In this document: positions 22,469 through 34,231 of the stretch, in pieces | How the letters are laid out: the number at the start of each line of letters is the position of its first letter | Position numbering within the stretch: position 1 is the first letter of the stretch | Assembly (NCBI GenBank): GCA_000004985.1 | Contig: GG738909.1 | Reading direction: 5' to 3' (one strand) | DNA length: 64,000 bases | DNA from: Naegleria gruberi | Taxonomy: Eukaryota | The notes under the pieces: generated by a model | Database searches by the model: none | Told to the model about the DNA's origin: nothing | Seen by the model: only the letters and a program-made list of their open reading frames with translations | Made by a program: the position numbers and the translations under genes

Positions 22469-23207
22469 ATTAATAATGAAACTGTTGTTTGTTGGTGAAG
22501 ATTCTGCAAAATTGTTTTATCTCTCAAAGATCTTTTAAAAGAAGATTAAAGAGTGGTGGATTAAGGAAGTGCTTTGTTTTACAACCGAATTCTGAAGTCT
22601 AGAAGGAAGAATACTCAAGTTGCAAATATAAAGAAAAGAGGTAGGGAGGAATGTAAATCGATTTTTTAAGATGAAGATGTTCAATAAGATACGCATGAGA
22701 TTGAGAGTTGAAAGCGTGGTTTCCCTCCTGTTCAAGAATACATCAACATCAAGGCGCCATCAATTAACCTCCTTGTTACTGTAATGAACATGCTTGTTGA
22801 TTGTGACTCAACCAATCGGAGACGCTTGAAGATGCTGATGCGTCCTTAATAGTAAACATGTACCAAAATGAATGCTTAACATGTGGCTCACTTCAACAAG
22901 TAGTCGTTGGAAGAACCTTAATACGTCTAACACTATCAAATTGGTATGTTTTTGCAAATAAGGATATTATCTTTGCATATACAATCATTGAAAGTATGGA
23001 AAATCAAACCAAACATTTCAAAAAATTTATATACAACAATTCAACAGCTTAATTAAGGTGTACCTGTTAATTTCTTCTCCTCCTGCACTTTTCCTCGCAC
23101 TCTCATATGAATTGTTATCTTCCACATATCATCCATGTATTGATAGTTCATTCACTGTTTGTCCCGATAGAATAATCAGTCAAAAATCCAACTTTATAAA
23201 CACAGCA

Positions 23208-26095
23208 CTAAACATGAATAACTATAGAATTGGGAGAATTAACATTATCTGAATTATCATTTTGTTCCTGTTGTGATGATTCCAATATTCTTGAGGAGAG
23301 AGAAGACGAAATGTTCAATGGAGCAACTCTACTTGTTGGTAACGTTGGGGAACTGTCATTGAAGGAATTGCTCGATCCTATTATTGAGTTACCTCTCGTT
23401 GATGAAATTAGAGAAGCTGAGGAAAGAATGGATGGAGAATCCAATGATGATTCAATACTACTTGATAACTCTGAATTGTCATGACAAGAGCTCAGTAAGG
23501 TCTGATCATTGGATAAATCATATTGAAGTGAAAATCGAAGGAATGTATCTTTTAAGAGCATGGATTTTACAACCTTTTCTATGCTTATGAAAAGATCTAT
23601 TTGTCCGTAACCTTCTGCAATGTTTTTAACTTCCTTTTCTCTGACTTTTTGAGAAATGTTGATTGCATAAGGTGAATTATCACACAAATACTTGTTGAGA
23701 ATCTCTGCTTGCTTCTTTGCTCTATCTGATGTTTTCTTAATCGACTTGTATAGTAATATATCTTCCAAAAAGAGAATATTCTCTTCAGAACATTCCTTTT
23801 CACAGAATTTCTTTCATCATGTTCAGATTTTACAAATTAATAAACAGGACTTACCTTAAACATTTCTCTTCCGTTCGAATTCATCATTACCCTTTCAAAT
23901 TCCATACCCAACTTGAAATCTTGCATTCGTTGCTCTTGAACTTTCACGGCTTGTCTCAGTTCCACTTGTTCACTCATATTTCTGGCCACAATAACATAAA
24001 CCTGATGAATATTTCCCTCGTCCAACATGATATCCACTTTACTGGTCGATACACTCACTGGAATTTCTGAGCCAAGATTGGAGAGTATGGTGGTGTCCCA
24101 TCTAGACTTGGTCTCTGCCATATTTTCCAAATATTTCAGAATTTCATCATTGAGATGATTTGGATTTTCAATGGAATTGTATAGAAACGCCATATCACTA
24201 CCATTATTTTGTGAATCCATCAGAGGTGCTTTCTGTAAATACTGGCTCACCAAATTGAATTGTTTCTTTAAAATTCTACTCTCAAATATTGTATTGAAAT
24301 TCACAATTTGGGCGGTCTTTGAATCGACAGAGAATATGAAATCATCGATAGAGTTCATGATAACTCTAGATTTTTGCTCAGATAGTGATGTCTTTTCCAA
24401 TAATCGTTGCATGAGTTCATTGTCCTCACTGAGAATGGTCTGGGTGGCATCGAGGGCATCCAACATGTTATTGACATCTTCACATAGCATTCCCAATTCA
24501 TCAGAACCAACATTTGGAACTCTTTCCTTGATATTTGTCGAATTGGTTATAATTCTTACAGCATTTGTCAATTTTAACAATCTTTTCAACACTACAATTT
24601 CCAAAAATATAATTAATCCAATAGAGAGGAGAATAATCATTACTGTCATTACAGACCAAGTAATTAGAAATGATGTAATACCAAGAGTATAGACCTCTCT
24701 ATCAAAATCTGTTCTTATAACCATCGATCCATCACTAATCAAATCATAATACTCTTGAAATATTGAAATCTTACTTCCGTATAGAATGGCCTTATTGGAA
24801 CAGAGTCTATTCTCGAATAATGGTAGATTGAGATCATTCTCATCAACAGAAAATTGTTGAATAAACTGTCCAGTATTATTCGACCACAAACTCTGTGAAG
24901 AAACTCCCTCAATTAAAGTTTGAGTCCAGGATGAGGTTTTTTCTGAAATTATTTTCGAAGTCTGCTGACTAGTCAACTCTGTTTTTGATTTATCACTTGA
25001 CAGAGACTTGGCAAATAAATATCTGTCTCTACTACTCCTCAAATTATATGGTGTTAAACAATATTGACTTCTGTCTGACATGTCAGTAAAAAATTCTCTA
25101 GTTTGATATCTTCCAAATATCATAATTCCATAAGTCTTTTGATAATCTGTATCTTGAATTGGCATTGCAGATAATAGCAATAAATTTAACAGTTTAGTCT
25201 GAGTGGTAATGTTGAAATTTTGATTCAATCCTGAAACTGTTATATTCGAAACAATTAAATCAAATAAACTCTCTGAAGGTGAATAAAATCCAACATTTCT
25301 AGTTGATGGATTTGACATACCATCCATCAAAACTCTTCCTATTGAGCTAGCTTGAAGATTTATCAAATCATTTGGAATCTTATCTAGTCTATATCCATCA
25401 AAACATCCCAATCCACTCAAATAAGTTCCATTCATATAATAAATCAATGCAAAATTAACTCTACTTGTCAATTGATATTGACAATGCAAATAATAATTTA
25501 AAAATTGATTTGCCAAAACAGTTGCATTAGAATTCGTATTCGTTACAACATCAATTGCATCTTTGAATGCACCATATTCGAATAGACGTGATGTTAGAAA
25601 GTAAAAATCATCAAATAAAGTTCTACTTGTTCGTTTGGCTGATTCCATGGCCATTGAATTTTCCACACTTAAAAAGGAAATATTAAAGGCTGTCAATAAA
25701 ATTGCTAAACAAGTTGCCATCAAGAGGAGAAATAATAAGATTAGAATAATTGTTATTTTAAATCGAAGACTTTTGTGAATTAAAACTGATTGACTGTCAG
25801 GTGTCTGAGCTGAGGAGGATGGATCCATGACATTTAAATTATTGTCATCATGATTATCTAAATGTATGGATTTTTCTATTAATTCTTCCGAGAATTGAGT
25901 TAATTTTTTAGAATTTCCAAATAATTCAAAACTATTCGAATCGTTTTCATTAGAATATTTTATATGATGAACATTTTTAATTCTTTTCAAAGAAAGTAAA
26001 TTATTCTTGAAGGTTTTTCGAAACTTCGTACTGTTAACTGTTGTTGGAAGAATTGTTTCTTGTTGGTTCTTTTTACTTCCTTGTTGGTTTGACAT
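23208..26095 (-). CDS. Membrane receptor with two TM helices, a Cache-like extracellular domain and a cytoplasmic RGS domain. Exons: 23855..26095 and 23208..23810.
   Basis: ATG at 26095 (MSNQQGSKK...). TM1 is IILILLFLLLMATCLAILLTAF, followed by an ectodomain of about 330 aa with Cache-like strands (YMNGTYLSG..., ...LISDGSMVIRTDFDREVYTLGITS). TM2 is WSVMTVMIILLSIGLIIFLEIVVL, followed by a HAMP-like helix. Exon 1 ends ...EMFK|GTAAGT and a 44-bp intron ends in AAAG. Exon 2 starts KFCEKECSEENILFLEDILLYKSIKKTSDRAKKQAEILNKYLCDNSPYAINISQKVRE, a canonical RGS core. Both exons are in frame (2241 + 603 nt). Confidence 0.75.
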
Positions 26096-26267
26096 TTTTT
26101 TTGACTCTTCGATTGCCAGGTCAGACAAGTGACATACACTAATGTAATTGTACGTTTATTACTATTCTTAAACTATTGATGATGAATTGAGAGACTAATG
26201 GATTCCAACTTATCATAACTCATTGATGAACTTGTATTTACAATTTATTTTCGAACTTTTAATTCAT

Positions 26268-28919
26268 TTACTTCTTATTCTTCTTCTTTGGATCAACATT
26301 TGATTTTTGATCTTTCTTTCCACTATTTGTATCAACTTTTAAATGTTTAGTTTGTGGAGCAGATGATTCACTTTTTTCAACATCTGATTGTGGAATTGGA
26401 GTATTTGGTTCGTCCATATTAATGTGATTTCTACTAGTTCTCAAACTACTTGCAATCTTTTCATAAATCTTCAAATCCTTAGAAGAAACTGAAGGTGGAA
26501 TCTTCTTTAAGGCAATCTTGAAATGTTCTCTCGTTACAATCATTTCACCAATTGCCTTATTTGGAGTATTAGTATTAGATCTTCCTTTCAATAAATGTTC
26601 TTTCAAACATGATGTTGCAGCTTCTCTAACCAAAGCAGCCAAATCAGCGCCTGAAAAGTTTTCACACAATTTGGCAATTTCTTCCAAGTTTACATCTGAA
26701 GCAAGAGGTGTCTTTCTAGCAATGGTTTTCAAGACACTGATACGTTCTTGTTCGTTTGGTAATTTAACGTAGAGAAGTTTGTCCAAACGACCTGGACGTA
26801 ACATGGCTGAATCGATCATGTCAGGTCTGTTGGTTGCTGCAATGACAAATACCATTCCTCTCGATTCTAAACCATCCATGGCAGTCAATAATTGATTTAC
26901 AACACGTTCAGAACTTTGTGAGCTAGATTCATTATCTCTCTTTGGACACAAGGCATCCATTTCATCAAAGAAAATTACACAAGGTGATGAAGCAGCAGCA
27001 CGACTGAAAACTTGTCTGACAGCTCTTTCAGATTCACCAACATATTTGTTCAAAAGTTCAGGTCCCTTAATTGAAATAAAGTTAGCACCACTGTCGTTTG
27101 AAATGGCCTTAGCCAACAATGTCTTACCACAACCAGGTGGACCATAAAGTAAAACACCAGCTGGAGCTGTAAGTCCAAGTTTCTTATAATGATCTGGATT
27201 CTTAATTGGTTCCATAATGGCCATTCTCAATTCTTCACGAACTTCTTCCAAAGCACCAATATCATCCCAAGTAACATTTGGAACTGTTGCAAAACCTTCA
27301 CGTTTAGCACTTGGTTGAACCTTCTTAATGGCCTTTTCAAAATCGTTAAATGTTACATAAAGATTGGCTAATTGTTGTTCTGTTAATGGTTCCTTCATGG
27401 AACGAAGAGTTTCAGAAATGATATTTCTACGCTTAATATCCTCTGGTGAATCATGTGAAACAGTTGAAGTGACAGGAGTAGTAGGTGAAGCAGCTGTATC
27501 AACTGCCATTGGATCATCCCCTTGTTGTTGCTCAGTTCCAAAGACAATATCACCAAATATTCTGTGAATTGCAGCAATAGCAGCTTCATTAACAAGAGCT
27601 TTCAAATCAGCACCAACATAACCAGGAGTATTGTGTGCAATGGTTTTAAAATCAAAAGTATCATGTCCACCATCCAATTTTAATTTTCTAGTGAGAATGT
27701 TGAGAATTTTCATTCTGGCCTTCTCATCTGGAATACCAAGTGAAATTTCTCTATCAAATCTTCCAGCTCTTCTCAAAGCATCATCTAATGAATCAGGTCT
27801 ATTTGTGGCACCAATTATAATTACTGTTTTACCTCCAGTTTTTTCCAATGTTAAATCATCCAAACAAGTAATCAATTGAGCAACGATACGTTTTTCCATT
27901 TCCTTTGAAGCATTATCTCTCTTACTTAAAATTGCATCAATTTCGTCAATGAAAATAATACTTGGTGCATTGGAAATTGCATCACGGAAAATTTGACGAA
28001 TCTTGGCCTCAGATTCACCACTCATACCACTAACAATTTCAGGAGCTGAAACTTTAAGGAATGGAATTTGTAATTCACCAGCAATTGCATTAGCCAACAT
28101 GGTTTTACCACAACCAGGTGGACCATGAAGTAAAATACCACGTGGTGGTTCAACACCCAATGTTGAGTAAATTTCTGGATGCAAAATTGGATATTCAATC
28201 AATTCACGAATATCTTGTAAAATATTATCAATACCTCCAATATCACTAAATCTAATATTTGGTGTTTCAACAATAATCTTTGGTTTTTTGGAGGAGCCAC
28301 TACTTGGATCCGATTTGGTCTTTTTCTGAGGTGGAGCTTCTTTCACTTCCTTTGATGATGAACTGGATGAAGCAGTATTCGAATTGGATGAAGCAGAAGT
28401 ATTATTAGAGGAAGAAGATTGAGAATTGGAAGGAGTAGTATTGGTAGTAGTTGAAGAAGAATTTGGTTGTTCTCTCTTTCTCTTCAAGTCATTTTCATTA
28501 TTTTCAAGAGAAATGTTAGTTGATTGTTCCTTATAGACATTTTGTAATTGGTAATTCATTGAAGTCTTTTCATTATTAATAACTTCCTTGAGTTTGGCAA
28601 CTTTTTGCATTCTCTTTTCTAATTCTTCTTTTGAAATTTGTTCTTCTTCCGATGATGATGATTCATCTTCTCCGAGAAGTCTATCAATTGCTACTAGACA
28701 AATTTCTTTAAAATCCAATAAAGGAATTTGTTTATAATCCTTTTCATGTGATTTTCTCAAGTATGTACAGAGTGGTAATATTTCCTTTTCCCCAATTGAT
28801 GTTTTATCATGTGATTCCATGTACTCTTCAATACGTTCAAGAAGAGCACTCTCATCAATTTTAGGTCCTTTAGAAGATGCTTTACGATTATTATTGTTAT
28901 GTTTTTGTTGTTTACCCAT
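26268..28919 (-). CDS. Nuclear VCP-like / Rix7-type AAA+ ATPase with two AAA domains (ribosome-biogenesis ATPase)
   Basis: ATG at 28919..28917 ([11 protein letters not shown]...). The N-terminus is basic and acidic and NLS-like. Two Walker A motifs GPPGCGKT are present, each followed by Walker B DE(I/M)D and second-region-of-homology segments (ATNRPD...[11 protein letters not shown] and ATNRPDMID...LRPGRLDK). Confidence 0.9.
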   Translation of the reverse strand: MGKQQKHNNNNRKASSKGPKIDESALLERIEEYMESHDKTSIGEKEILPLCTYLRKSHEKDYKQIPLLDFKEICLVAIDRLLGEDESSSSEEEQISKEELEKRMQKVAKLKEVINNEKTSMNYQLQNVYKEQSTNISLENNENDLKRKREQPNSSSTTTNTTPSNSQSSSSNNTSASSNSNTASSSSSSKEVKEAPPQKKTKSDPSSGSSKKPKIIVETPNIRFSDIGGIDNILQDIRELIEYPILHPEIYSTLGVEPPRGILLHGPPGCGKTMLANAIAGELQIPFLKVSAPEIVSGMSGESEAKIRQIFRDAISNAPSIIFIDEIDAILSKRDNASKEMEKRIVAQLITCLDDLTLEKTGGKTVIIIGATNRPDSLDDALRRAGRFDREISLGIPDEKARMKILNILTRKLKLDGGHDTFDFKTIAHNTPGYVGADLKALVNEAAIAAIHRIFGDIVFGTEQQQGDDPMAVDTAASPTTPVTSTVSHDSPEDIKRRNIISETLRSMKEPLTEQQLANLYVTFNDFEKAIKKVQPSAKREGFATVPNVTWDDIGALEEVREELRMAIMEPIKNPDHYKKLGLTAPAGVLLYGPPGCGKTLLAKAISNDSGANFISIKGPELLNKYVGESERAVRQVFSRAAASSPCVIFFDEMDALCPKRDNESSSQSSERVVNQLLTAMDGLESRGMVFVIAATNRPDMIDSAMLRPGRLDKLLYVKLPNEQERISVLKTIARKTPLASDVNLEEIAKLCENFSGADLAALVREAATSCLKEHLLKGRSNTNTPNKAIGEMIVTREHFKIALKKIPPSVSSKDLKIYEKIASSLRTSRNHINMDEPNTPIPQSDVEKSESSAPQTKHLKVDTNSGKKDQKSNVDPKKKNKK

Positions 28920-29064
28920 TTTTTTTGAGTTCAATTATTACATTGAAAGTTTAATCTTTAAATAGCTATTATTGCGATAAGGCGATTGTTGAATATTATG
29001 TACAGTTTGATGAGAACAAATAGTAAATATTAATTATTATTAAATAATATATTTTTTTACTTGT

Positions 29065-29922
29065 TTACAACTCGTGTGAAGTGGTGGTCAATTGTTCGTT
29101 AATCTTCAAGTTTTGTTGCAAGAGGTGTGATAAATAGACAATCATTTGCAAGTCCTTGTTGTGTTGACCAATAGTCTTATCAAAGTCATCAACTGGCTTC
29201 AAGAGTTGGAATGAAGACAACAAAAAGTGGTACAATTCAAAGTTCTTCTTGTTCGAAGATTGCAAATACTTGCCAATTTCTTCCAAATCCTTCTTCAATT
29301 GTTGGATAGTTTGTTGTAAAACAATATTGCTTTGCAAATACTTGTTGGTTTGGAGGTAGTTCATTGACAACTTTTCATTATCAGTCATAATGTATTCAAC
29401 TCTAACTTGTTCAAACAATGTACCAACAACTTTGTCCTTGAATTTCAATTCTCTATTCATGTATCCTTTGAAATCTATTAATCTTCCGGTGACTGTTTCG
29501 TTACCTTGTGGAACATTGATAGTACAATCAAGGACGAGTGGGCTCTTCATGATGTTATCACTGAAAGATTGATAGATTTGTTTATCAACTGTTGTTTTCG
29601 ATGTTGAAATGGTGTAGAAACCTATAAGTGTATCATTAGAGTAGACACGATGATGAAGGCTTTCCATCTTTTTGTAATAGGAAACATCAATATCGGTAGT
29701 ATTTTCAGTAAATTTCAAAGGAATAGTATTCTTAATTTCAAAGTATCCTCCTTCTCTGAACTCTCCAAATAAACATCCAATAATATCAGTCTTTGAATTA
29801 AAAGCAACTCTTTGATAATGATCCAAAATATTCAACATTACCAAAGGATGGAGTTTATAAGTAGAAGTGGTTGTACCATTGTTTTTCTCGTTGATGAGAA
29901 GACAGCTTGTGCTTCCTTGCAT
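29065..29922 (-). CDS. MPN (Mov34/JAMM-minus) domain protein of the CSN6 / eIF3f / Rpn8 class
   Basis: ATG 29922..29920. The segment LHPLVMLNILDHYQR resembles the N-terminal MPN strand. LIGFYTIS replaces the metal-binding JAMM motif, indicating an MPN-minus protein. Length 285 aa. Confidence 0.7.
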   Translation of the reverse strand: MQGSTSCLLINEKNNGTTTSTYKLHPLVMLNILDHYQRVAFNSKTDIIGCLFGEFREGGYFEIKNTIPLKFTENTTDIDVSYYKKMESLHHRVYSNDTLIGFYTISTSKTTVDKQIYQSFSDNIMKSPLVLDCTINVPQGNETVTGRLIDFKGYMNRELKFKDKVVGTLFEQVRVEYIMTDNEKLSMNYLQTNKYLQSNIVLQQTIQQLKKDLEEIGKYLQSSNKKNFELYHFLLSSFQLLKPVDDFDKTIGQHNKDLQMIVYLSHLLQQNLKINEQLTTTSHEL

Positions 29923-30633
29923 CTTTTGTATATGATGATGGTGTGATTAATATTCGGCAAATAGCAAGGCAACAAAAAGCACCGTGATGATGAGAATATT
30001 TTTTCAAGTCAAAAAAAATTTACAAAATATTTTTTATTTTATTTTTAAAAATGTTTGCTTCAAGATTCTTCGCATCATAAACAAGGTGGTTGAGAAGAGA
30101 ACAATGGAAGCAATCTGAGTTTTACATTTAATTTTGGCTCATGAAAGAAAGAATTAATAGAAGTAATTTTGGTGATTGAATTCAACAGAGAAGTTATTTT
30201 CTTCAATGAAGATTAGAAAGCCTAATGATGAATAATTAATATATATTCTTAATTTAGGCAATGAGGTTGTATCTTGGTAATCAAGATTAATGAACCAATT
30301 CATTCTTAAAGAAATATTAAGGGATTAATAACAAAAGGTTGATGATAATGGATTTTAGAAAGCTACCATATGATATTGTGAATTATTGAATGAAACACCA
30401 AGTCGAGATGAGCCTTTGTTCCACTTCATGAATTTCAGCATATTACCCATCAGAATAAATCGGAGCAATCTTACCAACCATTTTACCATCATGCTGATTA
30501 TAATAACAGCCCAAACTCGATTCTTGTTAATCTAATGATGAGAAGTATGATGGAAGATGATAATCAGAATCACATAAACGAACACCTCACCGAGAATCAA
30601 GTAGAAAAAGGCTTTGAAAATTGTTTGTAAAAA

Positions 30634-33062
30634 ATGCAACAAAATACGCTGTTGCCAAATTCTTCTCATAAGAACAATACGACAAACAACAATACCACAA
30701 CAATGGAAAATTGTTCAGCATTGGACTCATCGAGTAATGCAAGTAGTGTAGAAGGTAAATGTTCAGCTACGACAAATTCTGCTGTACTTTCATCAGGAAT
30801 TAATCATTCGGATAATTACAGTGCAAGTCTTCATCATCAACCAGAAGAAGAAGAAGAAATTTTACACTTTGATTCCTCTGCTTGCTCTTCCTCAAAACAA
30901 AATAGTAGTGAAAATAATGCATTACTCTCTGCTGGGGAGAATGAAAAAAGTAGTCAAGCTAATTTTACAGCTTCATTATTGTCTTCTTCATTAAATAATT
31001 ATTCTGAAATTAATTCTTCTGAATTGAATGAAGTTGTAAATAATAGTAGTAGTACTAGTTGTAGACTAAATAGTCATATAGGAACTTCCGAACCTATTGA
31101 TGAATCAACAAGTTGTTTTCGGAGATGTAATTCTCTTATTCAACAATTGTTATATAGAATTCAACCTTCTTCCGAGTCTGAAAAACACAGAAAAGAAGTG
31201 TTTGATATTATTGCTGCAGTGCTAGAGTTAGCCAACCTGAAAGTAAATATCAAATTTATTTACATTTTAATTAATGAATTTTAAATTAGACATATTTATA
31301 TGGATCAGTAGCTTTTAAAACTTATTTACCTGATGGAGATATAGATTTAAGTGTGTTTGTGAGTAATGAAGAATACTTGGAGCTTTCATCACAGAATGTA
31401 AATAATTTGTTAAGTCATCAACCTCAAGTTAATGATTCAACAATTTCTTATGTTCATAATGTTTTATTAAAGAATATGCATATTGGATTAAAACAACAAT
31501 TAGCAGACCCATCAATACCATGGTACAACAAGGCAAGAAGTTTATTTTCAGAAATTCAGAGAAATAATCTTGCTTATATTGAGGATATGACATTTATTAA
31601 TGCTGAAGTTAAATTAATCAAATGTACGGTTAACAACATTCCTATTGATATGTCATCAGGTCAAATTGGAGGTTTATCCACTTTATGTTTTTTGCATGAA
31701 GTTGATGATAAGATTGCTGATAATCATCTATTTAAGAGGAGTATCATTTTAATGAAATCATGGTCTTACTATGAAAGCAGAATTCTGGGATCTCATCATG
31801 GTTTAGTATCAACATATGGATTAACTGTCTTGTTAATGTATATGTTCCGTTTGTACAAAATTGAAACACCACTTCAGGTGAGTAATTTATTATTTCATTT
31901 TTAAATATGAAATGTTAATTATAGGCACTTTATAGATTTTTAAATTATTATAGTACCTTTGATTGGACTAATTTTGGTATTAGTATTTATGGTCCAATAC
32001 CTTTAGGAGCTATTAACGATCACAAAAGTATTGAAGGTATGCATAATTACTTATATGGAATTATTAAAACATTTTGAAGATTTTTATTACGAAAATTTAC
32101 CACCTGAAAGACACGACTCTCTCACGAGTTCATTCCTTCAATCATGCAAATCCAAATATGGAACAGTTGACTCCTCCAAGACATTTACGATCAAAAATTT
32201 AAATATTGTAGATCCTTTGAGAGATTTTAACAATTTAGGAAGGAGTGTGAATTACAATAATTTTCTTAGAATACGGAGAGCAATTAAAAAAGGCTCAAAG
32301 ACAATTACTGACATTTTGATTTCAAATGATTTAATGGAGTCAGAAAAAATTTTGAAATTATTCTTTAAGAATGTAGTTGAAAAATATATTACAGATCTTC
32401 CATCATTTATTCAACAACATGATAAGGAAACAATTATAAAGGTAGAGGATAGTGCTAGTGTATTTGACTCTAAATTGGAAGATTGCAGAAATTGTTTGGA
32501 AACTGCACACAGTTTACTAGGTATCAATGCATCACCAAATGCCAACAATAGATCTGTAGAATCATCTGTATCCTCAACGAGTTCACAACCTATAGAAACA
32601 ACACCAACAAAAAGCATTCCAGTCCCTACAACACCACCAAAGAGAAGTAATTCATTCAGTAATTTTATTGCTTCACCTTTAAGTCCATTGAACAGTTCTG
32701 CAATCTACACAAGAAACCTTTCATTGATGCACAGAAATAGTGGATCATCAATAGCTCAATTGGGAAGTAGTATGTTAGCAGCTGCTCATTCTGGAAATAT
32801 CAATCCAAATAATATCACACCAATAAGAAATTCTCAACACATGGAAATACCAGGTGATATTCCAGTTAAGAGTGATTCTGCAGATTTAACTGTTACATAC
32901 AGTCCATCAAAACAAAAATCAAAAAAGAATCCAAAAGAGAATGAAAACATTGATCCAAATAAGTTTGAAAAAGTTCACAAGCAAAGAACCCCTCGCTCAA
33001 ATTCCAAAGCCAACAGACAAACACCAGAACCAAAGAAAGAAACAAAAAAGCAAGTAAAGTGA
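30634..33062 (+). CDS. Non-canonical poly(A) polymerase / nucleotidyltransferase (Cid1-Trf4-like, PAP/OAS1 substrate-binding type). Exons: 30634..31242, 31290..31877, 31925..32036 and 32080..33062.
   Basis: Introns are 47 bp (GTAAAT..TAG), 47 bp (GTGAGT..TAG) and 43 bp (GTATGC..AAG). Exon 2 begins TYLYGSVAFKTYLPDGDIDLSVFVSNEEY, the GS...DxD nucleotidyltransferase motif. Exon 3 encodes ALYRFLNYYSTFDWTNFGISIYGPIPL. Without the 43-bp intron the frame hits TGA. The total of 2292 nt is in frame (763 aa). Confidence 0.8.
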
Positions 33063-33092
33063 TTGTAGTGTACTTTATTATAATACAGCTAT

Positions 33093-34231
33093 TTACATTT
33101 TGTTTGGTTCTTCACCGAACAAATCTTGTTCACTCAAAAATTGGTCATTGTTCAAAAAATCAGAATCGCCAAAAGGATTCATTGTACAAGCTTCGTTTTC
33201 ATTAGAGTACCAATCCACAATATGGTGAGGGTATGTATTATTTGTGGATTCAGTTGCAATATCAGCTCCAAAAGCGAATGTGTTATACAAGTGTGTTGAA
33301 GGGGTTGAGTAATTGACTGTTTGGTGAGGTTGTTGGAAGTACAAGTTGAAAAATTGTGCTAAGGCATTAGCATCAGAGTAAGTTAAAGGAGTGTTAAAAG
33401 TAGCAGGAGCTGAGGTTGTGTTAAAAGCAGAATTGGTTGAGTAGGAACTAATAATTGGACTACCAAAACCGCGGTATGTGCTATTATTTGCTTGTTTAGT
33501 CTTCTTTGATGGTTCACTAATGAGAGCATCTAAATCTTCACTGCAGATGCCAACTGGTGTATTTGTAATTATGTTACAAGTATTGATTGGAGTAGAGGTA
33601 GAATACAAGTTTTCTAAAGTTGGTTGAGTGGAAATATTCTCTGGTGGACTCAAAAGACGTCTCTTTGCAGGTTGTGGTAAATATTGGTTGGATAAAGTAT
33701 GTTGTGGTTGTGGTGGTACAGATGAGTTAATGGTTGGTTGTTGTTGTTGTTGTGAGAGGAAGGTTTATCAACTAATGCAGAAAGGGTTGCAGGTAAACTT
33801 GAAACAGATGCATTAGTTGTAGTTCTCTTTCTCTTCTTCTTTTCTTCAACTTTTGGTGAAGGAAGAGGTGAAGGAAGAGAGGTTGGAAGTTCACAAGTTG
33901 ATTGTTTTCTCTTTGGTTGTGTTGCAACAGTGGTGGTAGTAGTAGTTGTGGTTTGAGACTTCTTCTTTTTTGGAGAAGAAATAATTGATGGTGATGAATC
34001 ACCACTTGAAATGCCATCTAATTCAAGAGGTCTTTGCTTCTTATTTCTCTTAAAGAAGAGACCACACTTATTACACAAATATGTTGTTGAAGGGGTGGAT
34101 GGAGTACAAGCTTCTGGTGTTTCAACAGTTGGGGAAAACTTTCTCCATAATGGAGATTGAGTTGTTTTGCAATTCCAACAGACTTTATCGCCTGGTTGTG
34201 GTGAACAAGTAGAAGGTGAATGATGAGTCAT
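33093..34231 (-). CDS. GATA-type zinc-finger transcription factor with an expanded finger loop; the reading frame is interrupted at a T-run near 33652-33655
   Basis: ATG 34231..34229. The finger reads CWNCKTTQSPLWRK-(20 aa)-YLCNKCGLFF, which has the GATA hallmarks TxxPLWR and LCNxCGL(Y/F), followed by a basic tail. The ORF stops at TGA 33652..33650, but a 186-aa ATG-less open frame (33093..33653) continues directly. An extra T in the TTTT run joins them (...DVF-LSPPENIS...). Confidence 0.65.

Noticed and set aside
22535-23252. Cluster of 64-66-codon ORFs between the S/P-rich gene and the RGS gene
   Set aside because: Short, AT-rich, no start context or similarity. I treat this as an intergenic/UTR region.
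33772-34017. Alternative-frame ORF inside the GATA gene, and a possible short intron inside the long GATA finger loop
   Set aside because: The overlapping frame is a low-complexity shadow. The loop region is GC-rich and exon-like and has no GT..AG pair of plausible length.
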